DNA of 48,952 bases, from assembly GCA_947589535.1 (NCBI GenBank), contig CANQAS010000004.1, positions 1 to 48,952 of the forward strand, given 5' to 3'. Under the pieces are notes generated by a model. The model was given only the letters and a program-made list of their open reading frames with translations. It searched no databases and was not told where the DNA came from. Positions within the stretch are counted from its first letter, which is position 1. Every line of letters begins with the position of its first letter. Source of the DNA: an uncultured Bacilli bacterium (lineage in GTDB: Bacteria; Bacillota_I; Bacilli_A; RF39; UBA660). This document shows, in pieces, positions 10,010-19,552 of the stretch. A program made the translations under genes and the position numbers.

Positions 10010-10058
10010 GGCACCAGATTAATACAAAACTCAAACATAAAAAGTTTGAGTTTTAAAA
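10010..10058 (+). repeat. Right copy of direct repeat (att-like)
   Basis: GGCACCAGATTAATACAAAACTCAAAC-ATAAAAA-GTTTGAGTTTTAAAA. Confidence 0.75.
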
Positions 10059-10300
10059 TTATATAAAGTAATGCAAAGTCTGCTATAAAAAAGCAAGATG
10101 ATAAAATGTTCATAAGAAAAATTGTTAACAGAAGCTATTACATATGGCAAAAAACGATTGTTAAACTATCGAATTAACAAGTTACATACATTAATGGAAA
10201 ATATGTATTTAAAAAACAACACTATAAGTTTAAATATCATTTAAATAAGAATTAGATAGTTAATTGTGTATATCATAACAAAAAATAATTAAAACTAAAT

Positions 10301-11950
10301 CTATGCCTTTTTACTGTTCATTTTTATTTTATTATTATCAAGTCTTATAATTTTATCAGATTTTTCTAAAATATTTTCTTCTCTTGAGATTATAAGTATT
10401 GTATGATCCTTTTTTAGTTCATTTAATAATTCTAAAACTTTACTTTGAAGATTAGGTTCTAATGTATCAAGTATTTCATCAAACATAATTATCTTAGAAT
10501 TCTTTAAGATTACTCTAGCAATTGCAATACCTCTTTTTAAATTAAGAGATACCTTAGCATTAATACTATTAATATCAGTATTATATCCATCTTTTAATTC
10601 CATTATTTCATCATGAATTCCAAGTTTTTCACATACTTTTTTAACTTCTTTAAAATTTCCACCTACAAGCATTAAATTATCTTTAATGCTTAAATCAAAG
10701 AAATTAGGTTCTTTTCTAACCAATGAAATAAGATTATAAAAAGTATTGTCATCTATTTTTTCATATGGAACATCATCTATTAATATATTTCCTTTATGTT
10801 TTTTATTCATTTTCATTAACAAATCAAATATTCCTGTTTTACCAGACCCCGCTGGACCAGTAATAGCTGATATTGTATTTTCTTTAACAAAAAACGATAC
10901 ATCTTTTAAAATTGGATCTTTCTTATTACCATATAAAACGTTTTCAAATTTTATTTTACCTGCGTAATCTTTTTTATCTACAAAAGTAGTATCATTACTA
11001 TTACTTCTATACTCAATTAACTTATTAAACCTTTCAAGAGATACTTTAGCATCTTGTATACCTGAGGTTAATGTACCAATAATTTCATAATTTTCAATTA
11101 TTTTTGTATAGTATGTATAAATAACTAAGATTGTTCCAATCTCCATTTTTCCTATTGAAAATAAATATATACCATATGCAATTAGTGTATATCTAGCAAA
11201 TTCGATTATCACAAAGATAACTTGTTTAATAATCGTTGAATAAGAATTAAGCATTGCATGAGCTTTTAAATAATTAGAACATTTTTCTTTTACTCTATCA
11301 TTAATACTTTTAAATACAAAGAATCCTTTTATTTCTTTAATTGTGTTAAAGACTTCATGTGTAATTGAAGTTTTCTTATCTAATGCTGATTTTCTTCTTG
11401 CGTTTAGCTTACCGGTTTTCTTATTTAAAATACCTAAAACTAATACCATTATTAATGATACAGATACCGTAACGATAAACATTCTTATATCTATAGTATA
11501 AAAATAATAGTATATAATTAAGAATTCCATAATTTGAATAACTTTAATTATTGTATCAGCAAAAAACGCAACAATTATATCTATATCATTATTAATTATA
11601 TTATTAAACTCACTTATTTTAAATCTTGATATACTATGTATTGAGTTATTAACAAAAGAAGAATATGCTAATTTAGAATACAATTTATACATCTTATTGT
11701 ATAAGAAATAATAAAATATTTGGTTTAAAGAAACACTTGTATAATAAAACAACATAACTCCAACCGCAATTATTATCATTCTATATGAAGATGGGAAATT
11801 TCGTACTGTTGCATAGTCAACTATTTTTCCCCACATTATTGGTATAACCAGTAAAGAGCCACGATAACAAACAGAAATAATAAACTTTAATATAATTTCA
11901 AAAGAACACTTTTTAAGTATTCTTTTGGTTTCTTTAGTAATGCTATTCAT
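10301..11950 (-). CDS. ABC exporter, fused permease/ATPase with degenerate NBD
   Basis: N-terminal TMD, Walker A GPAGSGKT, Walker B IIMFDE; signature, Q-loop and H-switch altered. Confidence 0.9.
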   Translation of the reverse strand: MNSITKETKRILKKCSFEIILKFIISVCYRGSLLVIPIMWGKIVDYATVRNFPSSYRMIIIAVGVMLFYYTSVSLNQIFYYFLYNKMYKLYSKLAYSSFVNNSIHSISRFKISEFNNIINNDIDIIVAFFADTIIKVIQIMEFLIIYYYFYTIDIRMFIVTVSVSLIMVLVLGILNKKTGKLNARRKSALDKKTSITHEVFNTIKEIKGFFVFKSINDRVKEKCSNYLKAHAMLNSYSTIIKQVIFVIIEFARYTLIAYGIYLFSIGKMEIGTILVIYTYYTKIIENYEIIGTLTSGIQDAKVSLERFNKLIEYRSNSNDTTFVDKKDYAGKIKFENVLYGNKKDPILKDVSFFVKENTISAITGPAGSGKTGIFDLLMKMNKKHKGNILIDDVPYEKIDDNTFYNLISLVRKEPNFFDLSIKDNLMLVGGNFKEVKKVCEKLGIHDEIMELKDGYNTDINSINAKVSLNLKRGIAIARVILKNSKIIMFDEILDTLEPNLQSKVLELLNELKKDHTILIISREENILEKSDKIIRLDNNKIKMNSKKA

Positions 11951-11952
11951 AA

Positions 11953-13134
11953 CTATTTAATGTTCTTATCGTATTCGATATCTTGTATTTCATATTTTCT
12001 GTTTTCTGATATCGTTATCATAATTTTATTTGCAGTCCAACCAACAATTGCTAGCACAAAGAAATATATAAACCCAAATAATGAGAATGATGGAGCTGAT
12101 TCTGTAAATAAGTCTATTAATGATGCACCAACCCCCATAGCAGTAACAATAGTTAAGTTGCCTATAGATTTTTCAGTTATCTGTGATTCTAGACTAGAGA
12201 ATAATTTTTCTGCTTGAGATAAATAATTTTTAGTCATTGTCCAAATATGTTGCATGTATGAAACAGTATTTTTTAGCGTTTCATACCTATAACCTATTAA
12301 ATCTAAGGATTTTGTTAGAGAATTATCACTTTTAGCAATTTTTTCCCTTGTACTTATATAAGTATTCATTTGATTGATTCTAGAATCAATCAAAGTAACC
12401 GTTTTTTTATAACCATCTAATTTATTAGTAAATGCAACTATATCTTTACCTTTTACTTTAGCATTTTCTTTAACGGCGTCAATCTTTTCCCAAATAATTC
12501 TATGTAAGTTAAGGTACCTATGTAACTGTCCTTTAAATTCTCTTATGAATATTTGTTCTTCTATATATCTTTCAACTTGATCCATAGATTTTGTTTTATT
12601 GTTAATGAAATAATACTTATTTCCTCTTACAACATCATAGTCGTTATTACTAAATTCAAAGTATTTTTCTTTTTCGGTTTTTGCAAGAAGAGTTGCAATA
12701 TCATTTTTAGTAGCTTTGTTTAAAACTATGAAATATGGGAAAACTGTTTCAATGTTTGCAAGTTCTTTAGGAACTGGTGCTCCTAAACTAAATATATAAC
12801 TTAAAGCTGGGGATAATTTTGTTTCGTAGTAGCTAGCTAATGAGTCTATATCATTAAATAATGAAAACTCATTTACATCAGAATCATTTAAAACAATAAG
12901 ACCATCTTCAAATATTTTTATGTTAACTCCTGCTCTAGTTGTAACTCTGATGAATTCTAATCCATCTATTCCGTAATCAATAGTACTTAAATCCAAATCA
13001 TCATGTAATTTAATTAATTTTTTCTTATCTAAACCAAGTTCTGAAGTACCTTCTCTTAAAAAATCATATATTTCACTTAATTGTAGCGTAGTTCTTTGAA
13101 ACCATCCACCTATATAAACCTTTTCTATTCTCAT
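11953..13134 (-). CDS. Hypothetical protein, large soluble N-domain plus two C-terminal TM helices (CorA-like topology)
   Basis: 393 aa, SD AGGAG, long helical region followed by two hydrophobic segments; no GMN motif. Confidence 0.8.
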   Translation of the reverse strand: MRIEKVYIGGWFQRTTLQLSEIYDFLREGTSELGLDKKKLIKLHDDLDLSTIDYGIDGLEFIRVTTRAGVNIKIFEDGLIVLNDSDVNEFSLFNDIDSLASYYETKLSPALSYIFSLGAPVPKELANIETVFPYFIVLNKATKNDIATLLAKTEKEKYFEFSNNDYDVVRGNKYYFINNKTKSMDQVERYIEEQIFIREFKGQLHRYLNLHRIIWEKIDAVKENAKVKGKDIVAFTNKLDGYKKTVTLIDSRINQMNTYISTREKIAKSDNSLTKSLDLIGYRYETLKNTVSYMQHIWTMTKNYLSQAEKLFSSLESQITEKSIGNLTIVTAMGVGASLIDLFTESAPSFSLFGFIYFFVLAIVGWTANKIMITISENRKYEIQDIEYDKNIK

Positions 13135-13158
13135 AATACTTTCTCCTACAATATTTTT

Positions 13159-13599
13159 TTATTTTACATTCATTGAAAAAAATCCAGCTTCGTCTAATCC
13201 AAATCCATAATTGTAATAACAAGCATGAGCAGCTGTTCTAACGTTGTTACTCCATAATTCTACTTTCTTACAACCATGTTCTTTTGAAATTTTAAATGCT
13301 TCATCTAGCATTTTTGTTGCAATTCCGTGTCTACGATACTCGCCTTTTACACCAACGTGGTTTAATATTGAATATGTATTCATATTTTCATATATAGTTT
13401 GTATTATAGTTATCTTTAAATGTGATACTATCTTACCATCAACGATTCCTACTATATAAATTGAATTAGGATCTCTTCTTTGTTTTTTATATGTTTTCAT
13501 TGCGTATTCTAAAGATGTTTCTTCTTCAAAAACTTCGTTACAAAGTGCAACTACTTCTGGAATATCTTTTTTTCTCATTTTTCTAAATGTTACTTCCAT
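13159..13599 (-). CDS. GNAT family N-acetyltransferase
   Basis: VGVKGEYRRHGIATKML acetyl-CoA motif, AHACYYNYGF. Confidence 0.92.
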   Translation of the reverse strand: MEVTFRKMRKKDIPEVVALCNEVFEEETSLEYAMKTYKKQRRDPNSIYIVGIVDGKIVSHLKITIIQTIYENMNTYSILNHVGVKGEYRRHGIATKMLDEAFKISKEHGCKKVELWSNNVRTAAHACYYNYGFGLDEAGFFSMNVK

Positions 13600-13797
13600 A
13601 AATACTTCCCTTTCTTTTCCGAAATTGTATTTTCTATTCTAAGCCAATAATAGCATAGCTAGTATTTGCGGTCAACATAAGTACTTATCCACAGTAAATA
13701 ATAATGTAAATAAAATTATTTTCATAAAATTTAAAAAATAACTTTTTTTTACAATAATTTTTTAATATAGTGGTATTATATAAATAGGAGGAAAGTT

Positions 13798-15177
13798 ATG
13801 GATAATAAAATACTTAATAAAAAGATTTGTGGATGGAAAAACATCTCTGAAAATGAAAAAAATGATATTATGAATTTTTGTAAAGATTACATTAATTTTC
13901 TTAATATTGCTAAGACAGAAAGAGAAGCTTCTAATGAGATTATTAGTATGTTAGAAAAAAATGGATATGTAAACATAAACGATAAAGAAAAAATAGAAAA
14001 AGGCGATAAAGTTTATATGTCTAACAGGGGAAAAAGTATTTATGCTGCTAAAATTGGAAGTAATCAAATAACTGATGGTATAAATTTAATTGGTTCTCAC
14101 ATAGATTCACCAAGACTAGATTTAAAACCAAATCCTTTGTATGAAGATGCTAAATTAGGATTATTTAAGACACATTACTACGGTGGAATTAAAAAATATC
14201 AATGGACAACAATACCACTTGCAATTCACGGTGTTGTAGTTAAAGCAAATGGTGAAAAAGTTGAAATAAATATTGGTGAAGATGAAAATGATGCAATATT
14301 TACCATAACTGATATATTACCTCATTTAGCTGGGGAACAGTACGAAAAGAAAATAGGAAAAGCTATTGAAGGAGAAGACTTAAATCTCTTAATAGGTAGC
14401 ATTCCGTCAAATGATGATTCTGTAAAAGAAAACATAATGAATCTAATTAATGAAAAATATGGAATTAGTGAAATAGATTTTTATAGTTCAGAACTTGAAG
14501 TAGTACCAGCTTTTAAAGCTAGAAATCTAGGTTTTGACAATAGTATGGTAGCAGGTTATGGACAAGATGATAGAGTTTGTGCATATGCTTCTCTTAAAGC
14601 TTTATTAGATAGTAATGAGAATGATAAAACAATGGTTGCAATATTTTCTGATAAAGAAGAAATAGGAAGTGTAGGAAACACCGGGATGTGTTCTGAAATG
14701 TTTGATTATTTTATAAATGAATTATTAAACAAGAAAAACGAAAATACACCAGGTGCATTGAACAAAACTTATTGTAATTCTATAATGCTTTCTGCAGACG
14801 TTGGTGCTGGTTTAGATCCAAATTATCAAAGTGCATCTGAAAAAAATAATGCTTCATATATTGGATACGGAGTTGAGTTATGTAAATATACTGGATCTAG
14901 AGGAAAATCTGGTGCATCTGATGCTAATGCTGAGTTCGTTGCAAAAGTAAGAGGAATTTTTGAAAACGCAAACGTTACATACCAAGTATCAGAACTTGGA
15001 AAAGTGGACCTAGGTGGAGGCGGAACAATAGCTTACATCTTAGCAGATAAAGGAATGGATGTTATAGATTGTGGTGTTCCAATAATATCAATGCATTCAC
15101 CATACGAAGTATCTAGTAAATATGATATATATTCGGCTTATAAAGGATATAAAGCTTTCTTAGAAACTAAAAACTAG
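13798..15177 (+). CDS. M18 family aminopeptidase
   Basis: GSHIDSPRLDLKP, YYGGIKKYQW, GQDDRVC, DKEEIGS, SADV, MHSPYE. Confidence 0.95.
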   Translation: MDNKILNKKICGWKNISENEKNDIMNFCKDYINFLNIAKTEREASNEIISMLEKNGYVNINDKEKIEKGDKVYMSNRGKSIYAAKIGSNQITDGINLIGSHIDSPRLDLKPNPLYEDAKLGLFKTHYYGGIKKYQWTTIPLAIHGVVVKANGEKVEINIGEDENDAIFTITDILPHLAGEQYEKKIGKAIEGEDLNLLIGSIPSNDDSVKENIMNLINEKYGISEIDFYSSELEVVPAFKARNLGFDNSMVAGYGQDDRVCAYASLKALLDSNENDKTMVAIFSDKEEIGSVGNTGMCSEMFDYFINELLNKKNENTPGALNKTYCNSIMLSADVGAGLDPNYQSASEKNNASYIGYGVELCKYTGSRGKSGASDANAEFVAKVRGIFENANVTYQVSELGKVDLGGGGTIAYILADKGMDVIDCGVPIISMHSPYEVSSKYDIYSAYKGYKAFLETKN

Positions 15178-15200
15178 AAGATCTTACTCTTCTAGTTTTT
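15169..15200. terminator. Bidirectional terminator between convergent genes
   Basis: AAAAACTAGAAGA-TCTTAC-TCTTCTAGTTTTT. Confidence 0.8.
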
Positions 15201-15753
15201 ATATACTTTTTGATATGTCCCACGCTTTTTTAAATTCGGCTAATAAACTCATACCAAGTTTACTATTGGTTTTTATAATACTAAATTCTTTTTTTGTAAA
15301 ATGTTTTACACTACCGTTTTCAAATGTAACAGGTACGTAAATAATTAAATCATCAACAATAATTATTCTTTTTGTTTGCTGAAAATCATATTTTTTAAAA
15401 CACTCTAAATTAGCACTAAATTTTTCTTTTACTTTTAGAATTATTTTTTCTAAATCATTTTTAAAATTATCATTATCCTGTGCCATATTAAGTATACTTT
15501 CACTTGATTTATTACTTAAAAATAAACATTTAAAATCTATACCATTATCTATTAAACTTTTTATTTTAGTATTGTTTTTAGTAAACAATTTTCTATTTTT
15601 CCTTCCATATATATATAATCTTTCTTTTACAGAATTAAGTATTGCATTATAAAATTCGTAGCTTTCATATCCAGCATCAAATTTTATCTCATCTTCAGTA
15701 GTACTTACGGGTTTTATACCTTCATTTATCAAGTTCATAATAAGTAAATCCAT
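15199..15753 (-). CDS. Hypothetical protein, possible PLD-like/DUF5919-type fold
   Basis: 184 aa, SD GAGGTG; LYIYG, FKCLFL, RIIIVDD and C-terminal EFKKAW pattern. Confidence 0.7.
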   Translation of the reverse strand: MDLLIMNLINEGIKPVSTTEDEIKFDAGYESYEFYNAILNSVKERLYIYGRKNRKLFTKNNTKIKSLIDNGIDFKCLFLSNKSSESILNMAQDNDNFKNDLEKIILKVKEKFSANLECFKKYDFQQTKRIIIVDDLIIYVPVTFENGSVKHFTKKEFSIIKTNSKLGMSLLAEFKKAWDISKSI

Positions 15754-15829
15754 ATTATCACCTCATTAAATCATATAAATATAATATCATATTTACAAAA
15801 AAATAGCCATAATAATAATGGTGATATAT

Positions 15830-16774
15830 ATGAAAGTAAGATTAGGATACGTTGCTTTATCAAAAGCTTTAGATAATGTAACTTCTTCTAGAACAATAAC
15901 ATATACTAATTATGAAAAAGAAAATTATCCTTCAGATAAATTATTCGAGATAATTAAAAGTAATTTAAAATCGTTAGAAAAGATAATCACATACAACGTC
16001 AAAAATAATATACACTTTTATAGGTTAACATCTAAATTAATACCACTAGCTACACATAATAAAGTAGACTTTGACTATATAACACCTTTTAAAGATGAAT
16101 TTAAAAAGATAGGTAAATTAATAAACGATAATAATATAAGGATAGATACTCATCCTGATCAATATGCGGTATTAAATAGTATGGACAAAAGAATTGTTAA
16201 AAACACTTTCGAAATATTAGAATATCATTATAAAGTATTAAAGGCCATAAATATTAAACGTCCCATAATAATTTTACATGTAGGGAGTAGTGTTTGTGGT
16301 AAAAAAGCATCAATAACTAGATTTATAAACAATTTTAATAAATTACCTAAACACATAAAAGAGTGTATTGCTGTGGAAAATGACGATAAAGTCTATAATA
16401 TAAAAGACGTACTTAACTTATGTAATACTTTAAACATTCCAATGGTATTAGACTATCACCACTTTATATGTAACAATGATGGTGAAAAAATAGAAAACTA
16501 CGTAGAAAAGATTATGAAAACATGGAAAAATATTCCTCCAAAATTTCACTTTTCTTCCCCAAAAAGTAAGTTAAAAAAGGAATTTAGAAGTCATCATGAT
16601 TATATAAACAGCAACGATTTTATAAATTTTATAGAAAAATTAAAACCATTTAATAAAGATATAGATATTATGTTAGAAGCTAAAAATAAGGATGATGCCT
16701 TGTCAAGGCTAGTTAGAGAGTTAAAGTACAAAACAAATTATGATTTTATAGACGAATCTACGTTTATTGTTTAA
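15830..16774 (+). CDS. uvsE: UV DNA damage endonuclease
   Basis: RLGY, FYRLTS.LIP, THPDQY, ENDDK, LDYHH, HFSSP, SHHDY, MLEAKNKD. Confidence 0.95.
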   Translation: MKVRLGYVALSKALDNVTSSRTITYTNYEKENYPSDKLFEIIKSNLKSLEKIITYNVKNNIHFYRLTSKLIPLATHNKVDFDYITPFKDEFKKIGKLINDNNIRIDTHPDQYAVLNSMDKRIVKNTFEILEYHYKVLKAINIKRPIIILHVGSSVCGKKASITRFINNFNKLPKHIKECIAVENDDKVYNIKDVLNLCNTLNIPMVLDYHHFICNNDGEKIENYVEKIMKTWKNIPPKFHFSSPKSKLKKEFRSHHDYINSNDFINFIEKLKPFNKDIDIMLEAKNKDDALSRLVRELKYKTNYDFIDESTFIV

Positions 16775-16842
16775 ATATAAGACATTTTAACTGCTTCTTT
16801 TTCCTAAAAAAAAATATACTATATTGGAAAGGAGTGTTTTGT

Positions 16843-17031
16843 ATGTATTATCCTGGATATCCTGGAGGTTATGCATATCCGGTTTACGATAACAATAATA
16901 ACAATAGCTCAAGCTGGATTTGGATCATAATAGTTATATTTATATTATTCTTCTTATTCTGGGGCTTTGGCTCAGGAAGTAGAAATAACGGTGGATGTGG
17001 ATGCGGATGCAACAATAACAACTGGCAATAA
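16843..17031 (+). CDS. Small Gly/Tyr/Cys-rich single-TM protein, YjcZ/SscA-like (spore-associated)
   Basis: SD AAGGAG; MYYPGYPGGYAYP...WIWIIIVIFILFFLFWG...GGCGCGC. Confidence 0.7.
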   Translation: MYYPGYPGGYAYPVYDNNNNNSSSWIWIIIVIFILFFLFWGFGSGSRNNGGCGCGCNNNNWQ

Positions 17032-17032
17032 T

Positions 17033-17058
17033 AAAAAGGCTAATTAGTTAGCCTTTTT
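17033..17058. terminator. Bidirectional terminator
   Basis: AAAAAGGCTAA-TTAG-TTAGCCTTTTT. Confidence 0.8.
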
Positions 17059-18977
17059 TGCTTTACAAAATCTCTAATAATATTTAATACAAAGAATACT
17101 ATGAATATTACTATTAGCACAACCAATGAATTAGTAAGTAAAGATTTATTTATTTTAACTAATGGTTCTTTTAATAATCTAATTGAATATGTCATAGGTA
17201 AATAGTTATTCATCCATCTAAATCCTTTAGTTACTGTTTCAATTGGGAATGTTCCACCTGATGCAGCAAGTTGTAATACTAAAAGAATTAATGCAATAAA
17301 CTTACCAATATCTTTAAAGTTAGTTATTAAAAATTCAATTATTGCCATAAATGTATTTGCTATTAAAATAAATGCTCCATAATATAATTTATAATCAGTA
17401 ACATCAAATTCTAAAAATAAGTCTAAACATAACGCCAATATAACTGATGATATTGTAATTAGTCCATGATATGCTAAAGTCTTTTTAACTAGTCTATTAT
17501 CACTAATGCTAAATACTCCAAATCTCTCTTCTTTATCATAATATAAAACCATAAACATCATTAGGCATCCTACCCATAATCCTACTGATATAAATAATGG
17601 TGAGAATGCGGTACCGTAGCTACTTACTTCGTTTACCTCTTTAGTTTCTACATTAACTGGCTTGCTACTATATTCTGATAAGGTTTCTACTTTTTTAATA
17701 CTTTCTTTTGTATCTTTAGCCTTAGATGATAATTCATTTTTAGCAGAAGAAATACTACTATTTAATGTTAATACACCATTATTTAAAGTATCTACTCCTG
17801 TATTAAGATTATTAATACCATTAAGTATTTGATTTGAATTTTTATTTAATGTATTAATTCCCATAGTTAATTTACTAGTACCATCTACCAATGAATTAGA
17901 TCCTGACTTCAATTTATCAACTCCGGATTGTAATTCAGATAACTTTGTTTTTAAGATATTTAACTGTGAACCATCACCATTAATACCATCATTTAAACTG
18001 GAAACACCCGATGCAATAGCATTACTTGAGGTACCTAATTTTGTACCAACAGAATTAATATATTCCGCTAATGTATAATCAGTAACTGGTATCATTTCGT
18101 TATAATTATGTAATACAGAAGTAGTAATACCTAAATAATCTGGATTAGATATTGCAAAATTAACTAATGAATTATATGATTGTAATCCATTATTAAAGTT
18201 TTTTTCATTTTCATTTAATAATGTAACTGATTGTCCTAAATATTCTAAACCAGATAAATCAATGTTGCTTAATGAACTTTGTAAAATACCTAATCCATCA
18301 TCTAAGCTTTTAGCACCAGTATATAAACTACTTGCACCATCATTAACACTATTTATTCCATTATTAAATAATGAATAATTAGTTGCTAACTCATTTGTAC
18401 CACTATACAACTTTTTACTTCCGTCTTTTAACTTGTTCGTACCATCACTTAGTTTATTAAAGCCATAATTTATAGTATCTAAACTTCCAGGAACTTCCTT
18501 TAAACTATCTGTTAAACCTTCAACTATTTTACTATTAACTTCATTATCTAAGTTCTTTTCAACCGTTAAAACAACATTATTGATTATTTGACTAGCTAAA
18601 TAATTAGACTTTTGATTTGGTGAATAAGTGATAGTAGCATGTTTCTTGTTATCATTATTAGCACTTTCCATATCAGAAGTAAAACTTTGTGGTACCTTTA
18701 TAACCGCATAATAAGTACCTTCATTAAGTCCTTTTTCTGCATCTTTTTCTGATACAACAGATATTTTTAGTTTCTTTGAATCTTTTATTCCATCTATTAA
18801 GGAATTCGCCTTATCACCAGTATCCTCATTAACTATAGCTACTGGTAAATTATCAATATTTCCCTTACCATATGGATTCCAGTATGCTTTTAAATAAAAA
18901 AAACTATAAATAAACGGAATAAATAGTATAACAAATAATACTACATACTTAAATTTACTTTTTAATTTTTCTTTCAT
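17040..18977 (-). CDS. YhgE/Pip family membrane protein
   Basis: IPFIYSFFYLKAYWNPY, LPVAIVNED, heptad L..G...L repeats, YGTAFSP, SGGTFP, LPMTY. Confidence 0.93.
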   Translation of the reverse strand: MKEKLKSKFKYVVLFVILFIPFIYSFFYLKAYWNPYGKGNIDNLPVAIVNEDTGDKANSLIDGIKDSKKLKISVVSEKDAEKGLNEGTYYAVIKVPQSFTSDMESANNDNKKHATITYSPNQKSNYLASQIINNVVLTVEKNLDNEVNSKIVEGLTDSLKEVPGSLDTINYGFNKLSDGTNKLKDGSKKLYSGTNELATNYSLFNNGINSVNDGASSLYTGAKSLDDGLGILQSSLSNIDLSGLEYLGQSVTLLNENEKNFNNGLQSYNSLVNFAISNPDYLGITTSVLHNYNEMIPVTDYTLAEYINSVGTKLGTSSNAIASGVSSLNDGINGDGSQLNILKTKLSELQSGVDKLKSGSNSLVDGTSKLTMGINTLNKNSNQILNGINNLNTGVDTLNNGVLTLNSSISSAKNELSSKAKDTKESIKKVETLSEYSSKPVNVETKEVNEVSSYGTAFSPLFISVGLWVGCLMMFMVLYYDKEERFGVFSISDNRLVKKTLAYHGLITISSVILALCLDLFLEFDVTDYKLYYGAFILIANTFMAIIEFLITNFKDIGKFIALILLVLQLAASGGTFPIETVTKGFRWMNNYLPMTYSIRLLKEPLVKINKSLLTNSLVVLIVIFIVFFVLNIIRDFVKQKRLTN

Positions 18978-19552
18978 TATAAATCATCTTCTTTCTTAAC
19001 TAGTAAACCATCTTTTAAAATTGATATAATTTCACTGACAAATTTCTTTTCGTCTATCTTTCTATCATATTCAAGCATTACTGATATAAATACTTTATAT
19101 ATAATAAATGCAGAAAGATGAATATCACATGACTTTATGGTATTTTTTTCTACTTCTTCGTTAATAGCATTTTCTATATAATTAATTATTTCTTTATCAT
19201 ATAACTTGCTAAAACTTTCATATTTATAAGAATTTTCATCATTAAAATCTTTTATAAGATTAGTAAATAACCTACTATTATTACGATAAGTAATAACTTT
19301 ATAAACACCATTACCTAACTTGTTAATAAAAGTATCATTACTTTCTTTTATTTTTTCAATGATTGATCTCATATGATTTAATTCTTCGTCAATAAAGTAT
19401 TTAAACATAGACTCTTTATCTTTAAAATAAGTATAAATTGTCTTTTTAGTAACGTTTGACTCTCTAGCTATCTCATCCATAGATACTCTTTTATATCCAT
19501 ATTCTGTAAATAACTTTCTTGCGGTATCAATTACCTTTTCTTTTTTATCCAT
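18977..19552 (-). CDS. TetR/AcrR family transcriptional regulator
   Basis: LFTEYGY..VSMDEIARESNVTKKTIYTYFKDKE helix-turn-helix; TAATG overlap with pip. Confidence 0.95.
   Translation of the reverse strand: MDKKEKVIDTARKLFTEYGYKRVSMDEIARESNVTKKTIYTYFKDKESMFKYFIDEELNHMRSIIEKIKESNDTFINKLGNGVYKVITYRNNSRLFTNLIKDFNDENSYKYESFSKLYDKEIINYIENAINEEVEKNTIKSCDIHLSAFIIYKVFISVMLEYDRKIDEKKFVSEIISILKDGLLVKKEDDL

Larger units (their letters stand above)
8602..10058. mobile_element. Degenerate tRNA-Thr-associated genomic islet carrying one glycosyltransferase
   Basis: Flanked by diverged direct repeats that start in the tRNA 3' end; no integrase inside. Confidence 0.55.

Noticed and set aside
13685-13693. Perfect DnaA box TTATCCACA
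   Set aside because: Single copy, of the order expected by chance in 49 kb of AT-rich DNA; no oriC context.
17700-18500. Repetitive sequence inside pip
   Set aside because: Ordinary heptad coiled-coil repeats of YhgE/Pip proteins, not a DNA array.
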